A stretch of 59,427 nucleotides of DNA, the filler included, from Squatina squatina (lineage: Eukaryota): NCBI GenBank assembly GCA_031763465.1. It is 4 parts of 3 records of this genome, joined end to end, with 100 filler letters (N's around TTAATTAATTAA, not from the genome) between each part and the next. Parts side by side here need not be neighbours in the genome. Positions count along the whole stretch, not along the records: positions 13,915 to 29,222 come from JARFOE010000189.1; positions 29,323 to 43,384 come from JARFOE010000004.1; 2 more parts are not named here. One strand, 5' to 3'. The position numbers and the translations under genes are program-made. Under the pieces are notes generated by a model, which saw nothing but the letters and a program-made list of their open reading frames with translations, was not told the origin of the DNA and did not search any database. Of the stretch, positions 24,490 through 35,320 are shown piece after piece (the first letter of the stretch is position 1; each line of letters opens with the position of its first letter).

Positions 24490-24583
24490 TCCCCACTTAT
24501 TTTGCCCCAAATCTGGCGGCCATGCCTCCAACCAAATAGGCCCTACGCTCTGGAATTTCCTCCCCAAACCTCTGCATCTCTCT
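24490..24583 (+). mobile_element. L2 LINE 3' fragment
   Basis: ggcggccatgcctccaaccaaataggccctacgctctggaatttcctccccaaacc is homologous to 28400-28455. Confidence 0.6.
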
Positions 24584-25904
24584 NNNNNNNNNNNNNNNNN
24601 NNNNNNNNNNNNNNNNNNNNNNNNNNNNNNNNNNNNNNNNNNNNNNNNNNNNNNNNNNNNNNNNNNNNNNNNNNNNNNNNNNNGGATGGATTCCATCAAT
24701 GGCAGGAAATATTTGCATATTCTTTTTTTTTAAGTAGAGCTGGTGGCTTGGAGAAGACACATGGGCTGATCTACAAGCCCAGCTGGAGAGCTTCCAGGAC
24801 CAAAGTTCCTCACTCTGGAGGAAACCACACGGTGTGCCTTAAATGTCCATCTCAAATTGGGCATCATCTCCTGTTAAGGCAAAACAAAAAGGTGTTCAGT
24901 GATCTTTTAATTATTCCAAGTTCAAGCAATGGTCAGATGACTGTCGTTTTCCTGCCCACCCCCACTCCCCCCCACCCAATCCCTCCATTCCACCCTCCAC
25001 CCCCAATCTATTCAGATGGTGCTCACTTTTGGTTCCACAAGCTAGCGCAAGCCTCCAATACCTCGTCCAATTTCTCATTCTTCACATGACTCGCAAGGGC
25101 AAATTTGGTTGCCTATCTGACCAGGAAGGAAGCACCACAGCACAGTCACATCCCGCGTTCCTCACACTCACCCATGGACGGGTCATCATGAGTCCTACTG
25201 GTGTTCCCCCTTGTGAGCCCATCAACATTGATGGGATCAACCAATTCAGCATGTGCTGTGAATCCAGCCTGGGAGTTATTGGTCCACCCGGCTTTGTAGG
25301 ACACTGGGTGGTTACTCACATTGGGTGAGTTTGAGGGAGATCATCAACCAAATTCTCTCCATTTTAGATTTCAACACTTATACAGAGTGTACAGGATTAG
25401 TAACCATGACAAAACATTAAATCATGATATGCCCAATTAATAACCTGGGCATAAAAACCAAGTACACAACAGATTTATGCCCAGGGTCCTTCCCCCTGCT
25501 CCTACATTAAACACACACACTTCCCTACCTCAGCCATGCTACCCAGGTTGGGGAGGCAGCAGCTTTCACACAAGGAGATCGAGACCGAGTGATCCACTGA
25601 TCACGAACATTTCACCACAGCGCTGGCTGTGATTTGGATAAACAGCACAGCCACAATCCATCTTGGTCGTGAACAGTTTGGTCAGGAGATTGAGAACAGC
25701 TGCTTGAGAAAGGAAACACGCTTTAACCATCTCAAGTTGCTCATTCCAAAGTGACAGAGCTGTTATACAGTGGTGCCTCCAGTTTGGACGGACTAAATCT
25801 ACAACAGTGCTGATGTTAAGCGGATGATACAAACTATTATCCTTGTCCTCAAATGCGTCCTTCACTGAAATCTGAGTTGCACTCCGGCCTCCGTTATTAC
25901 TTAC

Positions 25905-26078
25905 CGCCAGCTGCCTTCTCCTCATGGCTGTTCGCATGGTTTGCTGCCGGCTTCACCTTCTCTGTTGTACTCGGACTCGTGACACCCGGGATGTTTGGAA
26001 GGTCCCGCGGAGGAGTCCTGGCCACAGGGGAATTGCGGCATTCCATGAGGAATTTGCGGTCATAAATAATGCGGGTGC
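25905..26078 (-). CDS. EIF4EBP1: eIF4E-binding protein exon 2 (174 nt), 4E-BP1 by sequence and synteny
   Basis: Acceptor ttgcag|GC, donor G|gtaagt. [35 protein letters not shown] has the YxxxxL-phi motif and the SP/TP phosphosites. It lies next to ASH2L on the same strand, as in human. Confidence 0.92.
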
Positions 26079-26642
26079 CTGCAACATAAAAGCAATCCAC
26101 TGATAAGGTCAACAGGGACTGAGTGTGTTTCGCCAGGCTGCGCTGCCACGACGAGAAGACACTTGCTGTTGGAAACTTTTTTTGGCAACAAGAGACCAGA
26201 ATGTTCTGGTTGGATCCCCGGCCTGTCAATGGCACAGTAGTGTGAAGCACTTTTGAATCAGCCAGGGATCCTGTGGAGTTCACAACCCATTCTACTTGAA
26301 GTGTTCAGCCCACCAGACTAAGCACTGCAGAATACTCATCAGTTCAATACATAAATACCATGCATATTTGAAAATCTGTAGTTTGCCTTAAAAATTCACT
26401 CTCCAAAGGACCGCATTTCAAATGCTACTTTTAATTAACACCTCAAGGTCTTTATGATCTCGTGGTCCAATTCCCTGTCTGCATTGCCTTAGTACATTTG
26501 CTGTTTTCTTTCTGCCGTCCGCTCCCAAGAATTTCAATTTAGGTTCAACTCTCATGTCTTGTGGGAATCTTACCCTAGATATCTCCACCAGTTTTAGCAA
26601 AAGCAATACACACAGGAGGGGGAAACGGAGATGGAATCAAGA

Positions 26643-26840
26643 TAAGGTGACCAGACGTCCCGGTTTTGCTGTGACAGTCCGGTTTTTCATGAAACGCCCC
26701 GGTGTCCCGACAATTGTTTCAAAATTGCATAAATGTCACGGTTTTTATGTTTACTTGACTGCACTGTCCCGGCGGAGACCTGACTGCGCACGCGTAGACT
26801 GATTGTCCCAGTTTGGCAATCTTAAGATCTGGTCACCCTA
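26643..26840. mobile_element. hAT-Blackjack (MER94-like) non-autonomous MITE, 198 bp
   Basis: TIRs taaggtgaccaga and tctggtcacccta, repeated internal gtcccgg motifs, and an 8-bp TSD aatcaaga/aaccaaga (7 of 8). Confidence 0.85.
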
Positions 26841-27647
26841 AACCAAGAGTATATCTGAAAGGCAAGCCTGGCCAATTCAGTCCATCAAACAGACTTCAGT
26901 ATCTTGTTTCCGGCAGAGTCATGGCCATGCAACTGAAAGTTTAGTTCTGATGGTTTTCATAAACACGTGCGTGCTGTCTCTCTCACACACCCCATCTGCT
27001 TCCTTTCCCAGCCTTAGTCACTTATCAGCAGCAGACAGTGTTTTATGCTTATGGCTGTACTCTCAGTAGCACATGGAAAGTGTAACATTCTGCCAATCGC
27101 AATGTTGCAGAAGCAAGTCTTAGTGCAGCATCACAATTTCCATTATCTGAAGTCATGGAAGGGAGCACGCGGTGAAAACTATCAAAAATTGGGGTTGGGC
27201 GTATGTCCTGCAGGCACAGGATTGAAGGCAAGTGTGATCAAAACAGAAGAAATGTTACGTAAACCGCGCAGGAGGCAACTGCAAATGCAAGGCCTTGGCC
27301 TGTGAAAATGATGGCCAACAAACAGGAAGGTGGATAACTGGGGCATGGACAATGCAGGCCTCACGACAATACTGTCTGGGGTTTGGATTTGCAAAATATA
27401 GCGACTCATGCTGGGGTATGGCGATGGTACTTCACGTGGTAGCCGTAGGAGAAGATTGCACAGTGAGAGTGAAAAACTGGGGACTTAACTGGTGGGAGGG
27501 AGGGAATGGGGGAAAACATCACAATCAACCCAATTACCGAAACACATNNNNNNNNNNNNNNNNNNNNNNNNNNNNNNNNNNNNNNNNNNNNNNNNNNNNN
27601 NNNNNNNNNNNNNNNNNNNNNNNNNNNNNNNNNNNNNNNNNNNNNNN

Positions 27648-27760
27648 CTTGCTGTGCTTAAATTGGCTGCTGCGTTTACAACAGTGACGCCACTTCAAAA
27701 GTCCTTCATTGGCTGTGAAGGGCTTTGGGATGTCCTCAGGTTGTGAAAGGTGCTGCATTC
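27648..27760 (+). mobile_element. DeuSINE 3' tail
   Basis: cttgctgtgcttaaattggctgc...cttcattggctgtgaagggctttgggatgtcctcaggttgtgaaagg. Confidence 0.7.
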
Positions 27761-28298
27761 TTGTGGCAAAATAGAGAGACTTTTCCTGCGCAGCCGATGG
27801 TAGCATTTGCTGATGATGCTCAGAGACGGACGTGTTCCAGAACTGATACCCGTCACCTTAATGAGTCGGCAGTGCACTCCAATAAAAATTAAACAATGTT
27901 TATTTGGTTGAAAAATGATTAACAAGAAGATAAATAACTGACAGCAAGGACGAATTTTAATTCCTTTTTTAATACATGAACATTGCACGTGCCACGTGAT
28001 TCCACTTCCTATTCCTCTCTTCAGCAACATATCAGCAACATCAACAAACCAGTACAAAAATATTTTCTTCGCAATGAAAATATCTAACAGCAATTGTCAA
28101 TTCAAGATAAGAAAGGACAATACATTAATTAATTGATCTCGTTACTACATCTAGCAGTTATCTTACATTAAAATATATAAGGTATAAATTGACATATTGC
28201 ACAGCCGGAGCTGAGCAGCAATTGTGGAATACAAATACCCAGCACTTTATAATTCCTTAAAGGCCTGAAGGTGGATGAATAACCAACAGAAACATAAT

Positions 28299-28727
28299 GG
28301 GGGCAGTTTTAACCACCTGTTGGGAAACTAACGCTGGTTTTACTCTCTGCCTTCCAATTGTGGCCTCTTGGGCATCCCCTGATTTCCATCGCTCCACCAG
28401 TGGTGGCCGTGCCTTCAGCCGCCTGGGCCCGAAGCTCTGGAATTCCCTCCCTAAGCTCTGCTCCTTTAAGACGCTCCTTAAAACCCACCCCTTTGACCAA
28501 GCTTTTGGTCACCTGTCCCCCATGTCTCCTTACGTGNNNNNNNNNNTCGATGTTAAATTCTTTTGGTATCGCTCCTGTGAAGTGCCTTTTCTAAGTTAAA
28601 GGTGCTATATAAATGCAAGTTGTTGCCTGATTTTACTCTCCATTGAAGTCAACGGAGTGCGATAAGAAGACCGGCAATCCACCCAATCCCGGGGGTTCCC
28701 CGCCTGGGGATTTAGGTTAAACTTACC
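28299..28727. mobile_element. Harbinger-like MITE interrupted by an L2 3' fragment (28348-28626)
   Basis: TIRs ggggcagttttaacc and ggttaaacttaccc, core ctccattgaagtcaacggag, and a sister copy at 53441-53580. The L2 piece reads STSGGRAFSRLGPKLWNSLP and ends in the L2 tail. Confidence 0.7.
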
Positions 28728-29222
28728 CTTCAAAGACTTTCCAATTTATAATTTTCATTCTCATAGTAAGGGTTTTTCTCCTGTGAAATCGCTCATCCAT
28801 ATACCAAACGTCTCTGCAGACGTGATGTCTCATGTTTAGGAGTCCAATTAGTGGCAGAAGTAATGATGCTCTGCCCCAGGAGGCAGTTCGAAGAATATAT
28901 TTAAATTTTCTCCCCTCAAGGCACTTGCTGACGCTGAGGTTACAGCTCAACAAAAGCTCTCCAGCCCCACATTTAAGGAGCTTTTCTGCCTTTGTGAGCC
29001 TTAACGATGAGTGCAGACTATTTGATTGCAAGAACTGCCAGAGTAGAGCCTGCTCCTTCCCTCACCTGACTTCCATACAATTTCATCATAGGACACTGGA
29101 TAGCAATCAGGATTAGGGACCAAAGGCACTTTTTCCTTTTTCAAGCGTAGTAATGTTAAGGTAGTTTCAGCACCCACAGCCACCCAACCGAAATTGGCGA
29201 ATTGAACACAGACTACGGATCA

Positions 29223-29322
29223 NNNNNNNNNNNNNNNNNNNNNNNNNNNNNNNNNNNNNNNNNNNNTTAATTAATTAANNNNNNNNNNNNNNNNNNNNNN
29301 NNNNNNNNNNNNNNNNNNNNNN
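29223..29322. other. Artificial scaffold-junction linker N44-TTAATTAATTAA-N44
   Basis: 12-mer at 29267-29278. Confidence 0.95.
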
Positions 29323-29416
29323 AGAACATACTGTGTTCAAGGTTACAATTCACTTGACTGTTCGGCCAATGTATGCTTTAATGCCAACTCTTTTGTGTGA
29401 ATGCAGTTCAGCACTC

Positions 29417-29630
29417 ACCATGGCAGACAAACAAGTTATTTGCGAGCAGGCTACATTAAAAGTGATACTAGAAAAATAAGTAACGTGTCTGTATTTCATA
29501 AGCGGTTATATAGGGGCCTATTTGCATCCATGCATCTATCTATGCAAATGAGTGCTTAACTCGCTTTCTGGATTCAGTCTCATAAACATTTTGTGGTTGA
29601 GTTGCAGTTGTGAATTACGTCTCGATTGGC
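29417..29630 (-). promoter_or_regulatory. Pol II promoter (CCAAT, two octamers, TATA) with an ATG-only first exon of an unidentified gene
   Basis: Minus-strand order: CCAATC (~29624-29629), ATTTGCAT (29542-29549), ATGCAAAT (29520-29527), TATATAA (29506-29512), then tctgccATG|gtgagt with the ATG at 29419-29421. Confidence 0.65.
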
Positions 29631-29759
29631 AGCCCTCCATTAGTTGGGAGGAAATCGTGTGCAGTGGTTTAAAAGAATATTGCTGCAGTAAGGGGGCAAA
29701 GTGAAGTAAGCACAATTATCAACCTGCAGTCGTGTCAATCAGGAGTCATAGGAGCAGCA

Positions 29760-30545
29760 AGGAGTCCTGGTTTTCAGATGGGCTTCTGTGTCCACTTCCT
29801 TGCAGATGATCGTCAGATGTTGAGAGGATCGGATGTTCCTACTTCTTAGGGCCTTATGGTCTTATTATTATGCAAACTGGACAGGCAGTAGGGGGACAGC
29901 AAAAAGACAGTGATGGTGATGAGACAGTCACTCAATTTCACAGCCACAGCAATCAGCTCAGACTCTGACATTGCGTGTAATTTAGAGGATAGCATTGTTG
30001 TGGGATCTGCACATGGTGAGACATCGGATATGAGTGGCCTGCAGCCAGGAAAGGGGCCCAGAATAGTGCAGGCGCCAGCTCCCCGGAGGGTGAGGTCACA
30101 CGAGTTCTGCTATACAGGAGTCAGAAGAGGACTTCGATGGGGCAGCCGTCAGAAGAAGGCTGATGGGTATACACAGTAAAATGCTTGGTGCATTGGCAGG
30201 CCCACCAGAAAGCCTGGAGGAGTCCAGCACCAACATTGCACAGAGCTTAGCACAGAGATTGGAGTCCATTCTTTGTAGCATGAAAGTGATAGCCAACTCG
30301 AGCTACACACTTTTGAACCTAACCATGATGCAGCCTCTGATGGCCGATGTCTCAGCTTCCATTGCAGCACAAGCAACAACCACTGAACAACTGAATGCTG
30401 TTACAATGTGAAAAGTGGCTTGCAGTGTGTCACAGAAATTGAGCAATCTGTCTCCAACAGATTGCTAGGATTGCTGCGGCACTGCCCCGGAGGAGTGGCA
30501 GTGGCCTCATAGAGCACGAACCTGCTGTCCCCTCTCAGGAAGACA
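29760..30545 (+). mobile_element. Degenerate transposon-like coding remnant, probably Harbinger Myb/SANT ORF
   Basis: GC-elevated segment with broken ORFs (SSDSDIACNLEDSIVVGSAHGE; HSKMLGALAGPPESLEESSTNIAQ). The family assignment is from memory only. Confidence 0.4.
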
Positions 30546-31949
30546 NNNNNNNNNNNNNNNNNNNNNNNNNNNNNNNNNNNNNNNNNNNNNNNNNNNNNNN
30601 NNNNNNNNNNNNNNNNNNNNNNNNNNNNNNNNNNNNNNNNNNNNNTACACCAATTTTTAAGAGCTAGTCGACATATACAAAAATCTTGAAAAAATGGTGG
30701 TCGCCCAAACCCATGGTATGTGCAATGATCTGAGTTTCAAAATAAAAAATCCATTCTGGCGTAAATCATTGCATTGGAACTCCAGAGAGTCGTATTGTGG
30801 TAATTCAAAGTTCTTTCAAGTTTATTGCCTACTGTAAGTGCAGCTTTTATTTACATCAACACTCAATAATGCAGGAAGTCTGAAGGAAGAGGAAGAGCAG
30901 GCAGGGGAGCCTTTTACTCATATTGGTGCATTAAAAAAAAATTCTAGTCTGAAGGAAAGGTGCAGCTCATGGCAGTGGAAGGAAAGCATTGTTAGCCAAA
31001 GTTGTTCTGCAGCACTCGCTGATGTAAACCAGCAAAAGGAATAAACTTCCTTAGCAACATAGAGAAATTGCAGTTTCAAGCAGCAATCTAAATCAAAAGC
31101 CAACTGACGTACATTATTTAACATGTTCTCTTCAAGGATACACAAAAACTGGAAAATATTCCTGCACTCCCCTCTCCCCCTCCTCCCACATCACCATTTC
31201 ATAAGTTCCCTTCTGTCAAGAAAAAGAATGCTGGCTCAACCACCATGATCTCCCCAATCTACCATTTGTATACTTATGAAAACGCTGAAGACCGTGGATC
31301 GCTCCAGGCATTTAAAGCAATCTGTTGAGATATACCAAAAACCATGTTTACTTCATTCTTGCTACTGGGAAAACTAGACTATTGATTTCTACAAACTGGT
31401 TTTTAAGGCTGCACTGGCCCACAGAGCATTAACCTTTCAAAAGTACTTAGTATGATATCTTTCAGCTGGAATATCTTTAGCTTTTTTTCAAAGGTTCTTT
31501 TCTGACACAGAGTCAAATACAAATATATGCAAACTCACATTATGAAATATAAGCCTAAATTCTGATCCTTATCAAGCCTCAGTTTATTTCAGAGTAAAAT
31601 TATATTTAGCTTTTTATAGCTATCTTTCTGTAAATTGGGGTTTGCCTTTCGGAAAGTTTATATATCAACAAAATAATATTTGTAGACCTTTTCCAAGAAA
31701 TCTGCAGATGTGCAAAGGAACAGAGTTGACACATTAAACAACAGGCTAAATATGTTGAATGAAGCTTTTATAGCCTTGTTTTACTCTGTAATAGCTGTTG
31801 TGGTTAAGGGGGGAAAAAATGTTAATCATAGGTCAAATTCCAGCACTGTTTTTATCAATGAGGCTGCATGTTAGTCACCAATAGGATGTCATTCTTCTAC
31901 TGTGTTTTCCCACTTAGGTCATGGCCAGAACTGCGACAAAATCTTCTGG

Positions 31950-32170
31950 CAACTTATAATGTCTTCCTCATAATGATTGTCAGTGCTTCCAAATCTCATA
32001 AATGCCATCTATCCCTAGGGATTTATTTGTTTTGAGCCTGATAAGCCTGCCTAGGAGTTCCATCGCATTTAGAATAAAGTCACTGATTTTACTTGGGATA
32101 CCATTGTTTGGAGAGGGCATGTTGCTCATGTCTTCCCTTGTAAATACTTGGAGTAAGTAATCATTCAAAA
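31950..32170 (-). mobile_element. CR1 ORF2 fragment
   Basis: LNDYLLQVFTREDMSNMP...LKTNKSLGIDGIY. Confidence 0.7.
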
Positions 32171-32175
32171 CACAA

Positions 32176-32889
32176 AGGGGTCCCAATTGACTGGCACCAC
32201 GTTGGCAGCATTAGCTGCCAAAAAAAGGATCTGTTAGCACTGGGTTCAGGTTCCTGCAAAATAATGAGGCATTGGTCTCTTTGAAAAAACAATTCAGTGG
32301 TGGTGCTAACGGGGCTTAATGGGGGCGCTAATCAGCTCAACTATGGCTCTTAGAGGGAAAAGCAGTCTGAACTTGACCAATTCCACGAGCTTTGTATTTG
32401 GTGCTAATCTTTTTGCAGACCACTCCAGCCCTTAAAGGTAATGTGCAGCCTCACTTTTTGCTNNNNNNNNNNNNNNNNNNNNNNNNNNNNNNNNNNNNNN
32501 NNNNNNNNNNNNNNNNNNNNNNNNNNNNNNNNNNNNNNNNNNNNNNNNNNNNNNNNNNNNNNATGTCTGCCAAGCACAGCACTTGACAAGACAATCCCTC
32601 CTCACCCACCAACGATCTATGCTCTGACTGACCTAAGCATTGCTGAGGTGGCCCGACACTTGATAGCAGCTCCTTAGGTCGGTTGCAGAATTGGTCTGCT
32701 GAAAGAAGCTAAGTGTCATTAGTGCCAATAGTGCTGGTTTTTAGCACCAGTTTTTAATCTGCCCAAAACAAATTGTCTAAGAGACCAATTCTCCGGCTTA
32801 AAATAATGGTGCAAAATGGGCGCTAAATTTACACATTTTGGTCCCATAGTGCTACAAAGTTAAAAAAAAGTCCAATTAGCCGCCCATAT
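32176..32889. mobile_element. Harbinger-like non-autonomous element spanning a gap
   Basis: Termini ggggtcccaattgac and ccaattagccgccc, with gcgctaa motifs shared with 16676-17143. Confidence 0.45.
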
Positions 32890-32939
32890 AGTCTTAGACG
32901 CCTATGCTGTTTAAAAAAATGGTTGGTTGAATGTAGTAT

Positions 32940-33594
32940 ACATGAACATGACAGATTGGATGAATAAAACAATTGTTTCCACCGTTGACTTTCAACAGGC
33001 ATTTGATAAAGTACCAGATAACTGACTCATTTATAAAATTGATGCACACGGGATTAAAGGGATGGTGCTAACTTGAGTACATAATTGGCTAAGGGATAGG
33101 AGGAGTGAGTAGTGGTGAAGAGATGTTTTTCTGACTGGAGTGCAGTCTACAGTGGGGTCCCCCAGGGTTCGCTATTAGGACCATTGCCTTTCTTGTTATA
33201 TAGAAATAACTTGGGTATAGTGGAGTCCAATTTCAAAGTTTGCGGATGCCACAAAACTTGGCAATGCAATAAATATTGAGCTGGATAGTAGCAGACGTCA
33301 GGAAGGCACAGACTGGTGAAGTGGTTAGACACATGGCAGATACAATTTAATGCGTGTAAGTGTGAAGTGATGCACTTTGGGAGAAACAATATTGTGAGGC
33401 AGTATAATCTAAATAGTGCTATTTTAAGGGGGATGTGTGCAAGAACAAAGGGACCTGGGGGTGCATGCTCACAAGTCCTTGAAGATGGCAGAGCATGTTG
33501 ATAAGGTGGTTAAGAACGTGTATGGGATACTTGACTTTGTAAATAGGGGCATTGATAACAAAAACAAGGAAGTCATGCTAAACCTTTACAAAAC
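32940..33594 (+). mobile_element. CR1 LINE reverse-transcriptase fragment (degenerate)
   Basis: DFQQAFDKVP, SGVPQGSLLGP, SKFADATKL, KWLDTWQIQFNACKCEVMHFGR, QRDLGVHAHKSLK, with stops and frameshifts. Confidence 0.9.
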
Positions 33595-34880
33595 NNNNNN
33601 NNNNNNNNNNNNNNNNNNNNNNNNNNNNNNNNNNNNNNNNNNNNNNNNNNNNNNNNNNNNNNNNNNNNNNNNNNNNNNNNNNNNNNNNNNNNNNGCTCCG
33701 AACAGTATTCCAGGAGGGGATCATAAAAAAATATTCCAGTGTCATTGATCCACTATTCTTAAGCAGTGAATTGATAACAATTAGATTATAATGTACTACT
33801 TCAAGAAGATCATGAAATATTAGGAAAAGGGAATCCCCAAAATAAAGAGAAAAGCAACATAGAAAATTGGGGGAAAAACTACTGAAATATTCATCTAACT
33901 TGTTCATCACTAAATGTCAAAACTTACTTCAGCGAGATACAATTTTAACAGGTTTCTTTTTGTTTCAACTTTTCAGGCATTTATATATATTTGTGAAAAT
34001 AGCTTAGAGGTGGTGTGTCTAAGTTAAAGCAAAAAGAGTATCGCATTTTAAGCATGATGAAGGAATGATTGTATAAAATTGTGCTGCCTGATATATTCTC
34101 TTCATGGCAATCATTGTCTTTTTTTTTTCCACAGCAGTGAAATCTCAACAAAGCAAGGTTCCTCCTGAACAGAATATATTACTTGTGACTGGTGTCAAAA
34201 ACTATAAGAGCTAAGAGGCTTGAAACAGCATNNNNNNNNNNNNNNNNNNNNNNNNNNNNNNNNNNNNNNNNNNNNNNNNNNNNNNNNNNNNNNNNNNNNN
34301 NNNNNNNNNNNNNNNNNNNNNNNNNNNNNNNAGAGCTAAGAGGCTTGAAACAGCATGGAACTCGAATTTCATAACCTTTTAACATCATATCAGAGAGACT
34401 GTGCCATTAGTCCTCCACAAATAATGACTGGAACAGCCCCATAAGACTGACTGGTACTTACGGCCGACTCCACATTATTGCTCGGGGCACAAGAGCTGCT
34501 GCAGCTGCTGCACATCAACATTTAATCCAAAAAGTCTGCATAGAATGCAAGCAGCAAAATCTGACACATTTCTTCTCTAGTTTGAAGAACTCTACCAGAC
34601 GAAGCCCAGAAATCTGTCCCTGCTCTAAGGCTTTTGCACTGCTGTTCTGTAGCCAACGGCTGGTGGTGTATCAGAATGTGCCAGAGTAACTAAGCCATTG
34701 ATGTATGAGGAAACCAATTGAATCCCACTCTGAGCCCTCCTTGGCAATGTGGATGAGATTGTGATTTCACCATATGAGTAATCACAGCTGAAATCCCACA
34801 TCTTGCCTTGTACAATCTGGAGTTTAAACGCTGTTAAAACAATATGCTCAATCGATGTTAATGAATTAAAAAACAGGATT

Positions 34881-35320
34881 GGGGCTAAATTGGGCCATGT
34901 AGCGCCTGTTTTTTAGGCACCACACGGCCAAATAAGACACAAAAATGGGGTCCGAGATGTGCGTGTACAATTCCAACAGGAAGTGCGCAGGACGCCATCA
35001 TGGTAAAGGGGTTTGCACGCACGCGCCCAACGTGACTGGAAGAAAAAGAGAGGCTACGCACAACAAGCCTACGACAAGAGCCATGCTGCCATAAGGAACA
35101 TTATCGGCATCCTCAAGCAATACTTCCGTGGCCTGGACTGCTCTGGAGGTGCTCTGTAGAACTCAGCTGAATGGGTACCAAGATTTGTGGTAGTATATTG
35201 TAGGCTGCACAACCTCGCCATTATGACAGAACATCCCTTGCCACCACCTATCAGGCAAGAAACTGGGGAGCAGGAGCACAAGGAGGAGGAGGAGAATTTA
35301 GAGGAGGAGGAAGTACAAGA
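34881..35320 (+). mobile_element. Internally deleted Harbinger transposon: terminus plus transposase C-terminal remnant
   Basis: Terminus ggggctaaattggg at 34882. From 35058: AQQAYDKSHAAIRNIIGILKQYFRGLDCSGGAL*NSAEWVPRFVVVYCRLHNLAI (DDE_Tnp_4/HARBI1-like), with TAG at 35157-35159. Confidence 0.8.
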
